Below are positions 49,504 to 60,098 of a DNA stretch of 64,000 bases, one piece after another. A program made the translations under genes and the position numbers. Position 1 is the stretch's first letter; each line of letters starts with the position of its first letter. Source of the stretch: an uncultured delta proteobacterium (GTDB taxonomy: Bacteria; Desulfobacterota; RBG-13-43-22); contig CAWJJC010000027.1 of NCBI GenBank assembly GCA_963843145.1, positions 160,001-224,000 of the forward strand. The letters are read 5' to 3'. The notes under the pieces were generated by a model. The model saw nothing but the letters and a program-made list of their open reading frames with translations. It did not search any database and had not been told where the DNA came from.

Positions 49504-51117
49504 TTATCTCCTTTTCTTTATTCTACTTTTACGAATGATCCACCCTTTGCCGAGCAATCCGCTGATGACCACCAAAAAACAAATACCCACCAGCCAATCT
49601 CCATAGCGGCTGTAAAATGTGCTTCCTTCCCGCAAAGGGATTATAGCCTGAATGGTGGCTTTTTCAAAGAGGGAACTTTTCCGAACAATCCGGCCGGAGG
49701 AATCGATCAGGGCGCTGAAACCGGTATTGGCCGCTCGGGCGATCCAGACCCTGTTTTCCACCGCCCGTAGAGTTAACATGGAAAGGTGCTGGTAGGGGGC
49801 CGAAGTCGGCCCGAACCAGGCGTCATTGGTGATATTTACTAAAAGACGGCAACCGTCCTGTCTTAAGGCCCGACTGATTTCGGGAAAGATGCTTTCGAAG
49901 CAAACCAAGACCCCGATTTTCCCCTGGGGAAGGTTGAGGCCATAAGGCCGGGGACCGGCACTGAAGTCACCGATCGATTCCACCATCCGGCTGACAAAAG
50001 GCAGGAACCGTTTCAGGGGAACGTATTCGCCGAAGGGCACTAAATGAACCTTATCATAATAGGCCACTTGACCGGACGGAGAGAGGAGGTAAGCCCGATT
50101 ATAATATTGAAGACGATTATTTTGCTGGCCCACGGCCGGGCTTCCAAAAAGTAAATAGGCATTTCTTTCACGACTCAACTCAAAAAGTCTGCCGGTAAGC
50201 CGTTGCTCATTGAGAAAGTAAAACGGGACAGCGGTTTCCGGCCAGATCAACAAAGGGCTGGTTTTACTCAAGAAGGGTTTTGTTTCTATCTTGGAGAGCG
50301 CCGTGAGCGATTCATTAGATAAATCGGTATAAATATTAATCGTTTTTTCCTGATAAGCAGGATTCCACTTTAATGATTGGTCTATATTCCCCTGAATAAT
50401 AGAGACCTCTAACTTATCGGTGTGGTCGTCAGCCTTCCGCTCTGCGGGCAAAGCAGCGTAACCATGGGCAATAACGAGGAGCATCAGACCTCCGGCCAGC
50501 ACCGCTTCGCCCCATTTAGCGGACCACGGACGATAGTCGCCGGACTTTAGAAAAATCTGGTAAAGCGCTTGATTTATCATGATAATTAAAAACGAAAGTC
50601 CATAAACTCCGGTGAATTCAACGATCTGAATCAGGGGAAGCACGTTATACTGACTGTAACCGATCAAAGCCCAGGGAAACCCGGAGAGCAGGACAGCCCG
50701 CAGATACTCTAATCCGACCCAAAGGGCCGGGGCCCAGATCAGGGAGAAGAGTCCGCCAGCCGGGAATAAACCCCAAAGGAACCCGAAGACTGCTGGAAAC
50801 AGGGCCAGATACAGGGCCAAAAGGACCAGCATGGAGATACTGATCGGGGTACTGAGGTGGCCGTAATAGCGCATGGAGTAGGTGACCCAGTAAAAAACAC
50901 CCAGGGAATAAATAAACCCCATGGTGTAGCCAAAGGCCAGGCGCTTCCGGGCGGGTTGACCTTCAAGGGACTTGAATAAGGGAATAAAAGCGATCCAGGC
51001 CAGGAACGACCAAGACGTTTTGGGAAAAGAAAGGGTGAGTAAGGCGGCGCTTAAAAGAAGATAGCCAAGCTGTTGTCCTCTTTTATTGGAGAAAAGCGAC
51101 TCCACCGTCGGCGACAT
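49504..51117 (-). CDS. lnt: Apolipoprotein N-acyltransferase
   Basis: GFPWALIGYSQ, QGNIDQ, WPET, YDKVHLVPFGEYVP, VCFE, TNDAWF, RAANTG. Confidence 0.96.
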   Translation of the reverse strand: MSPTVESLFSNKRGQQLGYLLLSAALLTLSFPKTSWSFLAWIAFIPLFKSLEGQPARKRLAFGYTMGFIYSLGVFYWVTYSMRYYGHLSTPISISMLVLLALYLALFPAVFGFLWGLFPAGGLFSLIWAPALWVGLEYLRAVLLSGFPWALIGYSQYNVLPLIQIVEFTGVYGLSFLIIMINQALYQIFLKSGDYRPWSAKWGEAVLAGGLMLLVIAHGYAALPAERKADDHTDKLEVSIIQGNIDQSLKWNPAYQEKTINIYTDLSNESLTALSKIETKPFLSKTSPLLIWPETAVPFYFLNEQRLTGRLFELSRERNAYLLFGSPAVGQQNNRLQYYNRAYLLSPSGQVAYYDKVHLVPFGEYVPLKRFLPFVSRMVESIGDFSAGPRPYGLNLPQGKIGVLVCFESIFPEISRALRQDGCRLLVNITNDAWFGPTSAPYQHLSMLTLRAVENRVWIARAANTGFSALIDSSGRIVRKSSLFEKATIQAIIPLREGSTFYSRYGDWLVGICFLVVISGLLGKGWIIRKSRIKKRR

Positions 51118-51144
51118 GGGTTGGTTGGGAGGATAGAAAAGGGC

Positions 51145-51744
51145 TTAACTGAAATGGTTTAATTTATAATAAGTCTGGTAGCGCAGCACTTTGAAAAGAT
51201 ATTTTTTCGTGTCCTTGAAGGGCGGGACACCGTTGTGGCGTAGGACCTGATTGGGGCCCGCATTATAGGCCGCTATAGCCAGATGTTTATCTCCTTTAAA
51301 GGCATCCAACATTTCCCGTAGGTAGCGAACCCCCCCATAGATATTGTACTTGGGATTGAATGGGTCAGTGATTCCCATTTCTTCTGCCGTGACGGGGTCA
51401 ATCTGCATCAATCCCTTAGCACCTTTCGGAGAAACGGCCAAAGGGTCAAACCGGGATTCGGCATGAATTACTGCTTTTACCAGGGCCGGATCCAGGGCAT
51501 ACTTTTTGGATGCGCTCCGAATCCAATGATCGTAGGTGTTAACCGAGGCTGATCGCTCTTCGAGGGTGAGGTGAAATAAACGAGCGTCCGGAATTGGGGT
51601 CGGTTCCGAGAGGGCGATCTTTTCGCTGAAAAATTCCTGGGATACCCCCTCTTTCTCGGAAAAAAGGAAAAAGAATCCATTCAATCCCAGAATCAACCCT
51701 GCCACCCCAATATGAGCCATTTTTTGAATAATTTGTTTGGTCAT
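51145..51744 (-). CDS. Lytic transglycosylase, SLT domain
   Basis: AVIHAESRF, AVSPKGAKGLMQ, AAYNAG. Confidence 0.92.
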   Translation of the reverse strand: MTKQIIQKMAHIGVAGLILGLNGFFFLFSEKEGVSQEFFSEKIALSEPTPIPDARLFHLTLEERSASVNTYDHWIRSASKKYALDPALVKAVIHAESRFDPLAVSPKGAKGLMQIDPVTAEEMGITDPFNPKYNIYGGVRYLREMLDAFKGDKHLAIAAYNAGPNQVLRHNGVPPFKDTKKYLFKVLRYQTYYKLNHFS

Positions 51745-52279
51745 AATCACAACCCGCCTTATTGCCGAAAACCCATTGCTTAAGTTTTCCCCGGTCGAAT
51801 CGGTTGAGCGTTCGTACGATAGCTATCTTGATCCAAATTACCAAGATGAGTAAGCAATAAAAAATAGAGCTCAACCTGTTCGGCATTTTTTACCCGGATG
51901 TTATTTTTTGGGAATAGGATTGATAGTAAGGAATTCTAGGATGAATGTCAATGACTATGTTCGGAGTTAGTCAGCCTCAACCGCTGGACTGGCCTGATTA
52001 ACACTCAGAACCACCAATCGTTTAGAACAAAAATATGTATTAGTTTACGTATTAATACAAATTGTTATTATACAATTTATAATAATTTACTTTATATGAA
52101 ATTTGAAATTAGAATTCCAACCTTGTTATTCAAAGTGTTGCGATTTCCTTACTATTTGGGTAGACTAAAAATCACTTCTCGGGTTAAATTTATTTTCGGA
52201 TTATTCATTAAAGAATTATTGAATGGATCATTTAACCATTTATTTTCAGGCGAGTCTAATTAGTTGAAAAATTTGATTT

Positions 52280-52825
52280 ATGACGGATGACCAATTAATC
52301 CACCGGATTCGGGACGGGGATATCGGGGCCTTTGAGCAACTGGTCATCCGTTATCAGAAACCGATATATGCCTTTGTTTTGCGGATGCTGAAAAATCCCA
52401 TGGACGCGGAGGATACCGTTCAGAAAGTATTTCTCCTGGCCTATCAAAACTTGAAAGGATTTCGTTTTGAATCCAGCTTTAAAACCTGGCTTTTTCGCAT
52501 TAGCATCAACCAATGCCATAATCATTTCCGGCAGCAGAAAAAGAGAGAATTCACTCCGTTGGAGGAAATACCCATAGCCGACCCTAAAAATAACCAGGAG
52601 GATGAATTTTCACGAAAGGAATTAAGGGGACAGGCCCAGAAGGCCATTGAAAGGCTTCCCCCCAAACAAAAAATGGTACTACTATTACGGGTAGACCAGG
52701 ACCTTTCCTTTGAAGAAATCGGAAAGGCCCTTAATATGAGAGCCAATTCGGCCAAGGTTAATTTTCACTATGCCCTGGAAAAAGTGAAGGACTGGATCAA
52801 GACCCACCATGAAAACCAAAAGTAG
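52280..52825 (+). CDS. ECF RNA polymerase sigma factor
   Basis: AFEQLVIRYQ, DAEDTVQ, FKTWLFRI, region 4 LSFEEIG. Confidence 0.93.
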   Translation: MTDDQLIHRIRDGDIGAFEQLVIRYQKPIYAFVLRMLKNPMDAEDTVQKVFLLAYQNLKGFRFESSFKTWLFRISINQCHNHFRQQKKREFTPLEEIPIADPKNNQEDEFSRKELRGQAQKAIERLPPKQKMVLLLRVDQDLSFEEIGKALNMRANSAKVNFHYALEKVKDWIKTHHENQK

Positions 52826-53489
52826 CTGCGCGAAAATTAGGAAACGGCTGGGGGATTATACCGGTCAACCGCTGACCGGCACCGGAGCCGAACAACTCCG
52901 GGATCATCTTTCCCGCTGTCCGGATTGTCAAAGATTTCACGAAGAAAACACCAAGATCGTAGACGTCCTCCGACTGGATTCCCCGCCCGACCCCGGATCG
53001 GAGTTCTGGAGCCGGATGACCTCCGGGATCATGGCCGAGGTACGTCATCTGGAAAGCCGGCCTCAACTCTGGTACAGGAGAGCCTGGTCCAACCCTTGGG
53101 CCTGGCCGGTGTACGCCTGGTCTCCGGCCCTGATTCTCCTGATCTTCATCGCCGGCTTCTATTATTATGCTTCTTTTTCTAAACCCATTTTATTAGTTAA
53201 AAACGGGTTACCCGCGGCAGAATCGCGACTTGAGGATATCGGGGATTCCTTGGCGGACCCGCTCCTGACCCTAACCCCTCAGGAATCAGCCCGCCTGGGA
53301 AAAAAGATGGAGCACCGATTGGCCCTCGAACTGTATGCCAAAAATGTTGAAGCGGAGGAAGCCGTGTTAGACTGGGATTTGTCTAACCGCCTGGAAACGT
53401 TATCCATCAAAGACCTAAATGAAGTAGCGGATAAATTGCAGACCGGCACCCCTGCCGGGGCCAAGGAGGTCACGGAAAATGTGTCGTAA
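52809..53489 (+). CDS. Zinc-finger (HxxxCxxC) membrane anti-sigma factor
   Basis: HLSRCPDC, one TM segment, overlaps the ECF gene. Confidence 0.85.
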   Translation: MKTKSSCAKIRKRLGDYTGQPLTGTGAEQLRDHLSRCPDCQRFHEENTKIVDVLRLDSPPDPGSEFWSRMTSGIMAEVRHLESRPQLWYRRAWSNPWAWPVYAWSPALILLIFIAGFYYYASFSKPILLVKNGLPAAESRLEDIGDSLADPLLTLTPQESARLGKKMEHRLALELYAKNVEAEEAVLDWDLSNRLETLSIKDLNEVADKLQTGTPAGAKEVTENVS

Positions 53490-54027
53490 GTTAATATTAG
53501 GGACTTTGATCGGGTGTCTGGCTTTCGGGACGAGCTCCCTCATGGCCCAAACCTACCGAGAACCCCTGGATCAACGGGAAAAATCCCGGGAGCGGATTCA
53601 GATGGTCCGCATGTTGAAATTGACCCAGGCCTTAAAGTTGGACCGGGAGGCGGCCGGCCGCTTTTTCGCTGTGGGCGCCCAATACGAGCAGACCAAACGG
53701 CATATCAGGCGTGATCTTCAGGAGGATATTCAGCGCCTGCGGAACCTCACCCGAGATCTTAACGCTCCGGAAAAAGAACTGCGGGAGACGGTCCTGCGGA
53801 TCAAGAACCAAAAAAAGGATTTGAACGACCTGAATAATAAACAGATCGAAGAAGAATTGAGCCTCCTCCGGCCGGATCAACAGGCCCGCTATATCCTCTT
53901 TACGATTGACTTTCATAGGGAAATGGAAGGCATTCTACGAGAAATCCGGGAAGAACGGCCGATGGAAAAGGGTCCTGAGCATGGACCCCGGCCTCCGCTG
54001 GAAGGTTATAAGGAAAGAAGCCGCTAA
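53479..54027 (+). CDS. Periplasmic Spy/CpxP-like helical protein
   Basis: Signal peptide, charged helices, LRPDQQAR (LTxxQ-like); third gene of the ECF operon. Confidence 0.65.
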   Translation: MCRKLILGTLIGCLAFGTSSLMAQTYREPLDQREKSRERIQMVRMLKLTQALKLDREAAGRFFAVGAQYEQTKRHIRRDLQEDIQRLRNLTRDLNAPEKELRETVLRIKNQKKDLNDLNNKQIEEELSLLRPDQQARYILFTIDFHREMEGILREIREERPMEKGPEHGPRPPLEGYKERSR

Positions 54028-54037
54028 TTTATTCCTG

Positions 54038-54781
54038 ATGAAACTGAAAGACAGAGTAATCCTGGTTACCGGCGCCGGCCAGGGGATCGGCCGGGCCATC
54101 GCGGTGTTGTCCGCCCGGGAAGGTGCCCGAGTCGCCCTGGTCGATCGTAATGAAACCACTGCCCGGGAAACCCTTGATCAAATAAATTCACTCGGGAGCG
54201 AGGGGCTTTTAATCCTCAGGGATATAACTTTGGATCAGGCCGTTCCGGAAATCATCGAACGGGTCCGGGCCCGTTGGACTCGTCTCGATATTTTAGTCAA
54301 CAACGCTGGGTTTGACCGGCCCGCAGGCATCTTTAAGATCAAAGATCCGGAATGGGACGCCGTCCTGGGGGTCCACCTCAAAGCGGCCATGGCCTTTATG
54401 CGGGCCGCCATGCCGGTTATGAGAGACCAGGGCTACGGTCGAATCGTCAACCTCTCCTCCATCTACGGCAAAACCGGGGGTCAGGGAGAGATCGCCTACG
54501 CCACCGCCAAGGCCGGGATCATCGGCCTGACCAAGAGCGTGGCCAAAGAAGTGGGCAAGTTCGGGGTCTGCGTCAATGCCGTCCTCCCCGGCCTGACCGC
54601 CACCCCCGCCATCCAGACCATGATGGCTGAAAGATTCAAAGAAAAAATCCTCTCTCAAACCCCTTTGGGTCGCATGGCCCAACCCGAAGAAATCGCCCAA
54701 GCGGTGATCTTTCTGGCCTCCGACGAAGCCAGCTATATTACCGGCGCCTGTCTGGAGGTCTCCGGCGGCTGGGAGATGTAG
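54038..54781 (+). CDS. Short-chain dehydrogenase (FabG-like 3-oxoacyl reductase)
   Basis: TGAGQGIG, NNAG, YATAK, NAVLPG. Confidence 0.92.
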   Translation: MKLKDRVILVTGAGQGIGRAIAVLSAREGARVALVDRNETTARETLDQINSLGSEGLLILRDITLDQAVPEIIERVRARWTRLDILVNNAGFDRPAGIFKIKDPEWDAVLGVHLKAAMAFMRAAMPVMRDQGYGRIVNLSSIYGKTGGQGEIAYATAKAGIIGLTKSVAKEVGKFGVCVNAVLPGLTATPAIQTMMAERFKEKILSQTPLGRMAQPEEIAQAVIFLASDEASYITGACLEVSGGWEM

Positions 54782-55019
54782 CCTCCCTTGTCAATCCCCC
54801 TGTTCCACTTTTCATCTGTCCGGCTTCGCTGCCAAGCAACAGGCATCTATATTTAAAGCTCCCTTACTCCTACACGTACTCGTACACGGAAATCTCCCCG
54901 CCGCTGACTTGAACCATGGGACCAAAACAATCCTCCAATCTCCATAAGCATTAAGCATTGACATTTTTTCTTTTCCCTTTTAGTCTACCAATCAGCGCTA
55001 AAGAAAAGGAGGAAGGTTG

Positions 55020-56294
55020 ATGAAAGGTATTTCAAAACTTTTGGGATCGTTCGGGTTGTTTTTGGTTCTCTTAACCTTTTCTGCATTTACAGTACAGGCC
55101 GCGGATCCGATCATTATCGGGGTACCCACCTCCCTTGGTTTTCTGGAGGGGGCGGAGGGGCTCAACAGCGTTCAAATGGCGGTGGAGGAAATCAATGCCA
55201 AGGGCGGGGTATCGATAAAAGGCGAAAAGCACCTGCTGAAGGTCGAGGCCATCGATATCCGTGATGCGGCGCCCGGGGTGCCGGTTCCGGAAGCCCTCCT
55301 GGGAATCGAGAAACTCATTCTGGAGAAGAAAATCAAGGCCATCGTTTTGGCTCCCTTTCGCTCGGAGGCCTTATTAGCCAGTATGGATTTAATCTCCAAA
55401 TACAAGATACCCATGCTGGCGACTACCGCTATGTCTCCGGCCTACACCAAGAAGGTTTTGGAAGATTATAATAAATACAAATATTGTTTTCGGGTTTGTC
55501 TGGATGCCGGGTACCTGGTCGGCTATTTAAAAGGGTCCATGGAATCCATCCACAAGGAGTATGGTTTCAAGAAAGTGTATCTGATGCACCAGGATGTGGC
55601 CTGGGCGCGGGGAACGGCCAACGCCATGGCCGGCATATTAAAAGGGGCCGGCTGGGAAGTGCTGGGGGTGGAATCCTATCCCACCGGAGCCGGCGATTTT
55701 TCCGCCGGTTTGATGAAAGCCCGACAGGCCGGTGCCCAAGTCATCCTGCCGATCTTCGATATGCCCCAAAGCGGCATCCTGGTTAAGCAGTGGAACAGCA
55801 TGAAGGTTCCGGCCCTGATGCTCGGTTTTATTTCGCCTTTGGCCGGCCCGGCCGCCTGGAAAAGTTTTGACGGTAAAATCGACGGGGCCATGAACCTGAT
55901 TTTTGAAATTGGCAATATTCCGGTTAAAAAAGTACCCAAATCGGTTGTCTTCTATGATGCCTACAAAAAGAAATACAACAAGGAGATCGAAGCCGGACAC
56001 TGCCCGGCGCCGGCCTACGAATCCGTCTATATCCTGGCCGAAGCCCTGGAACGGGCCGGCACGATGGATCCGGATGCCGTAGTCAGCGCCCTGGAGAAGA
56101 CCGATCGTCAGGGGGCTATCGGCCGGATCCGGTTCGCCAAGAACCACCAGGTCGTCTATGGAAACGACCCCAAGGAGACGGCCATGGCGGCCATGATCCA
56201 GTGGTCCAAAACCGGGACCCGGGAAATCGTCTTTCCTGAAACTATAGCCGACACCAAGATTCACTTGCCGGAAGGGCTGAAAGCGACCAAGTAA
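55020..56294 (+). CDS. LivK-family periplasmic substrate-binding protein (paralog of 19202-20482)
   Basis: Signal peptide; shares PGVPV, RSEA, QDVA, YPTG, DMP segments with 19202-20482. Confidence 0.9.
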   Translation: MKGISKLLGSFGLFLVLLTFSAFTVQAADPIIIGVPTSLGFLEGAEGLNSVQMAVEEINAKGGVSIKGEKHLLKVEAIDIRDAAPGVPVPEALLGIEKLILEKKIKAIVLAPFRSEALLASMDLISKYKIPMLATTAMSPAYTKKVLEDYNKYKYCFRVCLDAGYLVGYLKGSMESIHKEYGFKKVYLMHQDVAWARGTANAMAGILKGAGWEVLGVESYPTGAGDFSAGLMKARQAGAQVILPIFDMPQSGILVKQWNSMKVPALMLGFISPLAGPAAWKSFDGKIDGAMNLIFEIGNIPVKKVPKSVVFYDAYKKKYNKEIEAGHCPAPAYESVYILAEALERAGTMDPDAVVSALEKTDRQGAIGRIRFAKNHQVVYGNDPKETAMAAMIQWSKTGTREIVFPETIADTKIHLPEGLKATK

Positions 56295-56422
56295 ATTCCA
56301 TAAAGCGCAAGGCGTGAGGGGTAAGGGGTTAATCCCCTAGCCTCCGCCTTGAGCCGTTTTGCTTATTTATGTTTTCTTTTTTTTCGCCTAACGACTGACT
56401 CCTTACCCCTAACGGTTTTGAA

Positions 56423-57295
56423 ATGCTTCTCGGCACCCTGATCTACGGCTTCATCAACAGCGTCATCCTGGCCCTGGTGGCCCTGGGTTTCAATTTGACC
56501 TTCGGCATCAGCGGAGTGGCCAATTTCGCTTACGGGGCCTTTTACATTTTTGCCGGGTACGGGGCCTGGATACTTATGAACACCCTGAAATTTCCTTATG
56601 CCCTGGCGATCCTCGGGGCGCTGATTCTGACCATGGTCCTCGGGGCGCTCATGTATCGGCTGGTCCTGCTTCGAATCCGGGGCCTGGTCATTTCCGAAGT
56701 CATCGCCACCTTCGGAATCGGGTTGGCCATCCTGGAGATCTTCCGCTACCTTGGGTTTATCGGTTTTGAATACAACCTCCCGGTCTTCATCGATGGCAGC
56801 CTGGAAATCCGCGGTGTTTTTGTGGATTATCAACGGCTCTTCATCGTCGGACTGGGTTGCGCTATCGCCTTGTTCCTCTGGCTGTTTACCCACTACACCA
56901 AAATCGGTCTGGCCTTCCGAGGCATCGCCCAGGAAGAGCGGACGGCCCTGTCTCTGGGCATCAACTCCGATTGGGTGGCCACCTTGAGCGTAGCCTTCGG
57001 GGCCGGATTGGCCGCCCTGGCGGCGATTCTGATCCTGCCCCTGGGGACCATTTCCGTGGAGGGGGGCTATGATATCCTGATCAATGCCCTGGCGGTGTGC
57101 ATTGTGGGCGGACTGGGCAGCACCCTGGGAGTGGTCGTGGCCAGTTTTCTGATCGGCTACGCGCAGATGATCACCGCCACCTACCTGGAACCCCACTGGA
57201 CCATGATCGTCAGCCTGGTGGCCATCCTGGCTATTCTGGCCCTTAAGCCTTCGGGCCTTTTCGGCAGCCAGAAGGAACTGGAAGAAAGGATCTAG
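56423..57295 (+). CDS. LivH-type ABC permease
   Basis: LGFNLTFGISGVANFAYG, IVGGLGS, KPSGLFG. Confidence 0.9.
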   Translation: MLLGTLIYGFINSVILALVALGFNLTFGISGVANFAYGAFYIFAGYGAWILMNTLKFPYALAILGALILTMVLGALMYRLVLLRIRGLVISEVIATFGIGLAILEIFRYLGFIGFEYNLPVFIDGSLEIRGVFVDYQRLFIVGLGCAIALFLWLFTHYTKIGLAFRGIAQEERTALSLGINSDWVATLSVAFGAGLAALAAILILPLGTISVEGGYDILINALAVCIVGGLGSTLGVVVASFLIGYAQMITATYLEPHWTMIVSLVAILAILALKPSGLFGSQKELEERI

Positions 57296-57301
57296 AACCT
57301 T

Positions 57302-57377
57302 TCACCGCCAAGACGCCAAGGACGCAAAGTAACCAAGAATAAATTTTTTCTTTGCGCTCTTTGCGCCTTTGCGGTGA
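57302..57377. repeat. Empty inverted-repeat element of the GxxExxY-associated family
   Basis: tcaccgccaagacgccaaggacgcaaag ... ctttgcgctctttgcgcctttgcggtga; same arms as 60099-60668. Confidence 0.8.
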
Positions 57378-57390
57378 TATCAAAAGCCCT

Positions 57391-58399
57391 ATGTATATCC
57401 GCAAAGAACGCATCGATCGGGGTATCAAAGTCAGGACAGGGGATATTTTTGCCCTGTCCTCGGGCTGGGATCTGCTCTACCTGCTGGTCCCCCGGGTGTT
57501 GCCGCTCCTGATCGTCATCATCCTGAGCTTCACGCTCAGTCTATACTGGCAGAAGGTCCTCATTTCCACGGCCGTTTTTGCCCTGCTGGCCATGAGTTGG
57601 GACTTCCTGGCTTCAGCCGGCATGGTCTCCCTGGGCCAGGCCTATTTTTTCGGCCTGGGGGCCTACCTGACCGGCATTCTGTCGCATTATTTTCATTGGC
57701 CCATTTGGCTGACCATTCCGCTCGGCGCGGTTTTGGGAGGCCTGGTGGCGACCATCACCCTGCTCCCGGTATTGAGGCTGCGGGGGATTTATTTTTCCAT
57801 GATCACCCTGGTCCTGCCTTTGATGCTGGTCCGGGTCATCGAGGCCACCAAGATCTTCGGCGGCACGGAAGGAATCAGTGGATTGGCCCCCTACCCCAAC
57901 CGCTGGGTGGAGCTCTATCTCAGCTTGACCGCCGTCTGGGTCTGTCTCTTCGCCCTCCGGCGGCTCCTGAATTCCGATTACGGCCTGACCCTGAAGGCCA
58001 TCTGCGACAACGATCGCTCGGTGATGAGTTCCGGGATCAATATTTACTGGTACAAGGCCCAGGCCCTCTTCGTCGCCGGAGCGGTGGGCGCTTTCGCCGG
58101 GGCCTTCATGACCCACTCCTACATGTTCGTGGGCATGCCGGTCTTCGCCCTGGACTATTCGATCCTGCCCATCGCCGCGGCCGTGGTGGGGGGCACGGGC
58201 ACCATGGCCGGACCGCTGCTGGGGGCCTTTATCCTGGTCCCGCTCTCCGAAGCCCTGCGCGGCCTGGGCGGGTCTGCGCATCGTCATTTATGCCCTCTCC
58301 TTGACCGTGTTTACCGTAGCCCTGCCGGAGGGGATCTTCCATTACATTCAGCGCAAGTATCAACAGTTCGAACGCCAGGTAAAAGTGGAATCCGAATGA
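57391..58399 (+). CDS. LivM-type ABC permease, frameshift near 58270
   Basis: RKERIDRGIKVR as in the paralog; removing one G restores LRIVIY..RKYQQFERQVKVESE-stop, matching the paralog C-terminus. Confidence 0.85.
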
Positions 58400-59151
58400 G
58401 CGCCCCGATCCTGAACGTTTCCAACCTTTCCAAACGCTTCGGCGGAGTCCAGGCCGTGGAGTCCATCTCCTTTAAAGTGCAGCCCGGTGAATTGATGGGC
58501 ATCATCGGACCTAACGGATCAGGGAAGACCACCTTGGTCAACCTGATCACCGGCTTTATCCGTCCGGACAGCGGCTCGATCTATTATCGGGATCGGGAAA
58601 TTACCGGCTGGATGCCTTATCGGATCAGCCGGCAGGGATTGGCCCGAACCTTTCAGATGGTCCGCCCTTTTTACCACCTGCCGGCCTTCAAGAATATGGT
58701 CATTCCCCTTTCCTCGCCCAGGGTAAAAAAGTTGTCCGGAGGGCGCTACGGCGACCGGGACGCCGTGGCCAAGGACCTGCTGGAAGAAGTGGGTTTTGAA
58801 CGGGATTCCTCGGTGATCAACAAGGTGGCCGGCGCCCTGCCCCACGGCTATCTCAAGCGTCTGGAACTGGCCAAATGTCTGGCCCTGCGGCCCGAACTGA
58901 TCATCCTGGATGAGCTCTTTTCCGGTCTGAGTCTGGCCGAGGTGGCCGGGATCCTGCCGATCATCGAAAAAATGAAATCCGAGGGCAAGACCATCCTGAT
59001 GATCGAACACCGCTTGCGGGAACTCTTCCGTATCGCCGATCGGGTGATCGTCCTCAATTTCGGGCAAAAAATCGCCGACGGCCGGCCGGACCAGGTCATG
59101 CAGGGCGAGGAAGTTAAAAAGGCCTACCTGGGGACTGAAGGAGAAGGATAA
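58396..59151 (+). CDS. LivG-type ABC ATPase
   Basis: MSAPILNV, GPNGSGKTT, ARTFQ, IEHRL. Confidence 0.9.
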   Translation: MSAPILNVSNLSKRFGGVQAVESISFKVQPGELMGIIGPNGSGKTTLVNLITGFIRPDSGSIYYRDREITGWMPYRISRQGLARTFQMVRPFYHLPAFKNMVIPLSSPRVKKLSGGRYGDRDAVAKDLLEEVGFERDSSVINKVAGALPHGYLKRLELAKCLALRPELIILDELFSGLSLAEVAGILPIIEKMKSEGKTILMIEHRLRELFRIADRVIVLNFGQKIADGRPDQVMQGEEVKKAYLGTEGEG

Positions 59152-59154
59152 ATA

Positions 59155-59321
59155 AAATCAAATTCGAAATTTAAAACCGGTGGCCTTTGAACTCCAGCGG
59201 TCCATCAAGTGGGGGAATCCCCTTCCCAACTCCTCCCGATCCGGAGGGGGGAGAAGTTTCGGTTATTTGAATTTTGAACATTGCTGTTTGTTTCGGATTT
59301 CGTGCTTCGGATTTCGAATTT
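59155..59321. repeat. Heptamer-unit repeat element (family of 18975-19193) between livG and livF
   Basis: Right arm tttgtttcggatttcgtgcttcggatttcgaattt; short left arm aaattcgaaat. Confidence 0.7.
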
Positions 59322-59345
59322 AAGAATTTAAAGGATAAGAAGAAG

Positions 59346-60095
59346 GTGTTGCTGGACGTCAAACATTTGATGATTTTTTATGAGAACGCTCTGGCCCTGA
59401 ACGACTTCAGCCTCCAGGTGGATGCCGGGGAGATTGTGGCCGTCATCGGCTCCAACAGCGCCGGGAAAACCACCCTGATGAATGCCATCTCCGGCTTGAT
59501 CCTGGACATTCAGGTCAAGGAAAAGCGTAAGGGCGGAGAACGCATTACCCTACTGGGGGAAGTCTGGTTCAATCGGGAGGACCTCAGCCGGGTGAGCCCG
59601 GACAACCGGGTTAAAAAGGGGATCGTCCTCTGCCGGGAACGGCATCCCATTTTCCCTGAAAGCGATGTGCTGGAAAACCTCCACATCGCGGGTTATCTGC
59701 GCAGCCGGAAAGAAATCAAGGAAACGGTGGACCTGGTTTTCACCCTTTTTTCCAATCTGGCCGGTCACAAAAACCAGAAGGCCGGTTTTTTGAGCGGCGG
59801 GGAACAGCAGATGCTGACCATCGGCATGGCCCTGGTGGTCCGTCCCAGCCTGCTCCTCCTGGACGAGCCCCTGCTGGGTCTGAGTCCGGCCATGCAAACC
59901 AAATTGCTCTCGGCCATCAAAACCATCCGGCAGGAGACCCGGGTGACGATTCTGATCAGCGAACAGTTCGCCCGGCCGATCCTGCCCATGATCGACCGGG
60001 GCTACGTGATCGAAAACGGCATGCTGACCCTATCCGGCACCAGCCGGGAACTCATGGAGAACCCGGAGGTGGTCTCGGCCTATTTCGGGGTATAA
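59346..60095 (+). CDS. LivF-type ABC ATPase
   Basis: GSNSAGKTT, LSGGEQQM, LLLDEP; start GTG 59346 aligns with the paralog. Confidence 0.9.
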   Translation: MLLDVKHLMIFYENALALNDFSLQVDAGEIVAVIGSNSAGKTTLMNAISGLILDIQVKEKRKGGERITLLGEVWFNREDLSRVSPDNRVKKGIVLCRERHPIFPESDVLENLHIAGYLRSRKEIKETVDLVFTLFSNLAGHKNQKAGFLSGGEQQMLTIGMALVVRPSLLLLDEPLLGLSPAMQTKLLSAIKTIRQETRVTILISEQFARPILPMIDRGYVIENGMLTLSGTSRELMENPEVVSAYFGV

Positions 60096-60098
60096 GAT

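Noticed and set aside
57352-59151. 599-aa apparent LivM-LivG fusion in the ORF track
   Set aside because: Produced by one extra G near 58270; the true LivM C-terminus, matching the paralog, is in another frame and ends at 58399, and LivG has its own ATG at 58396
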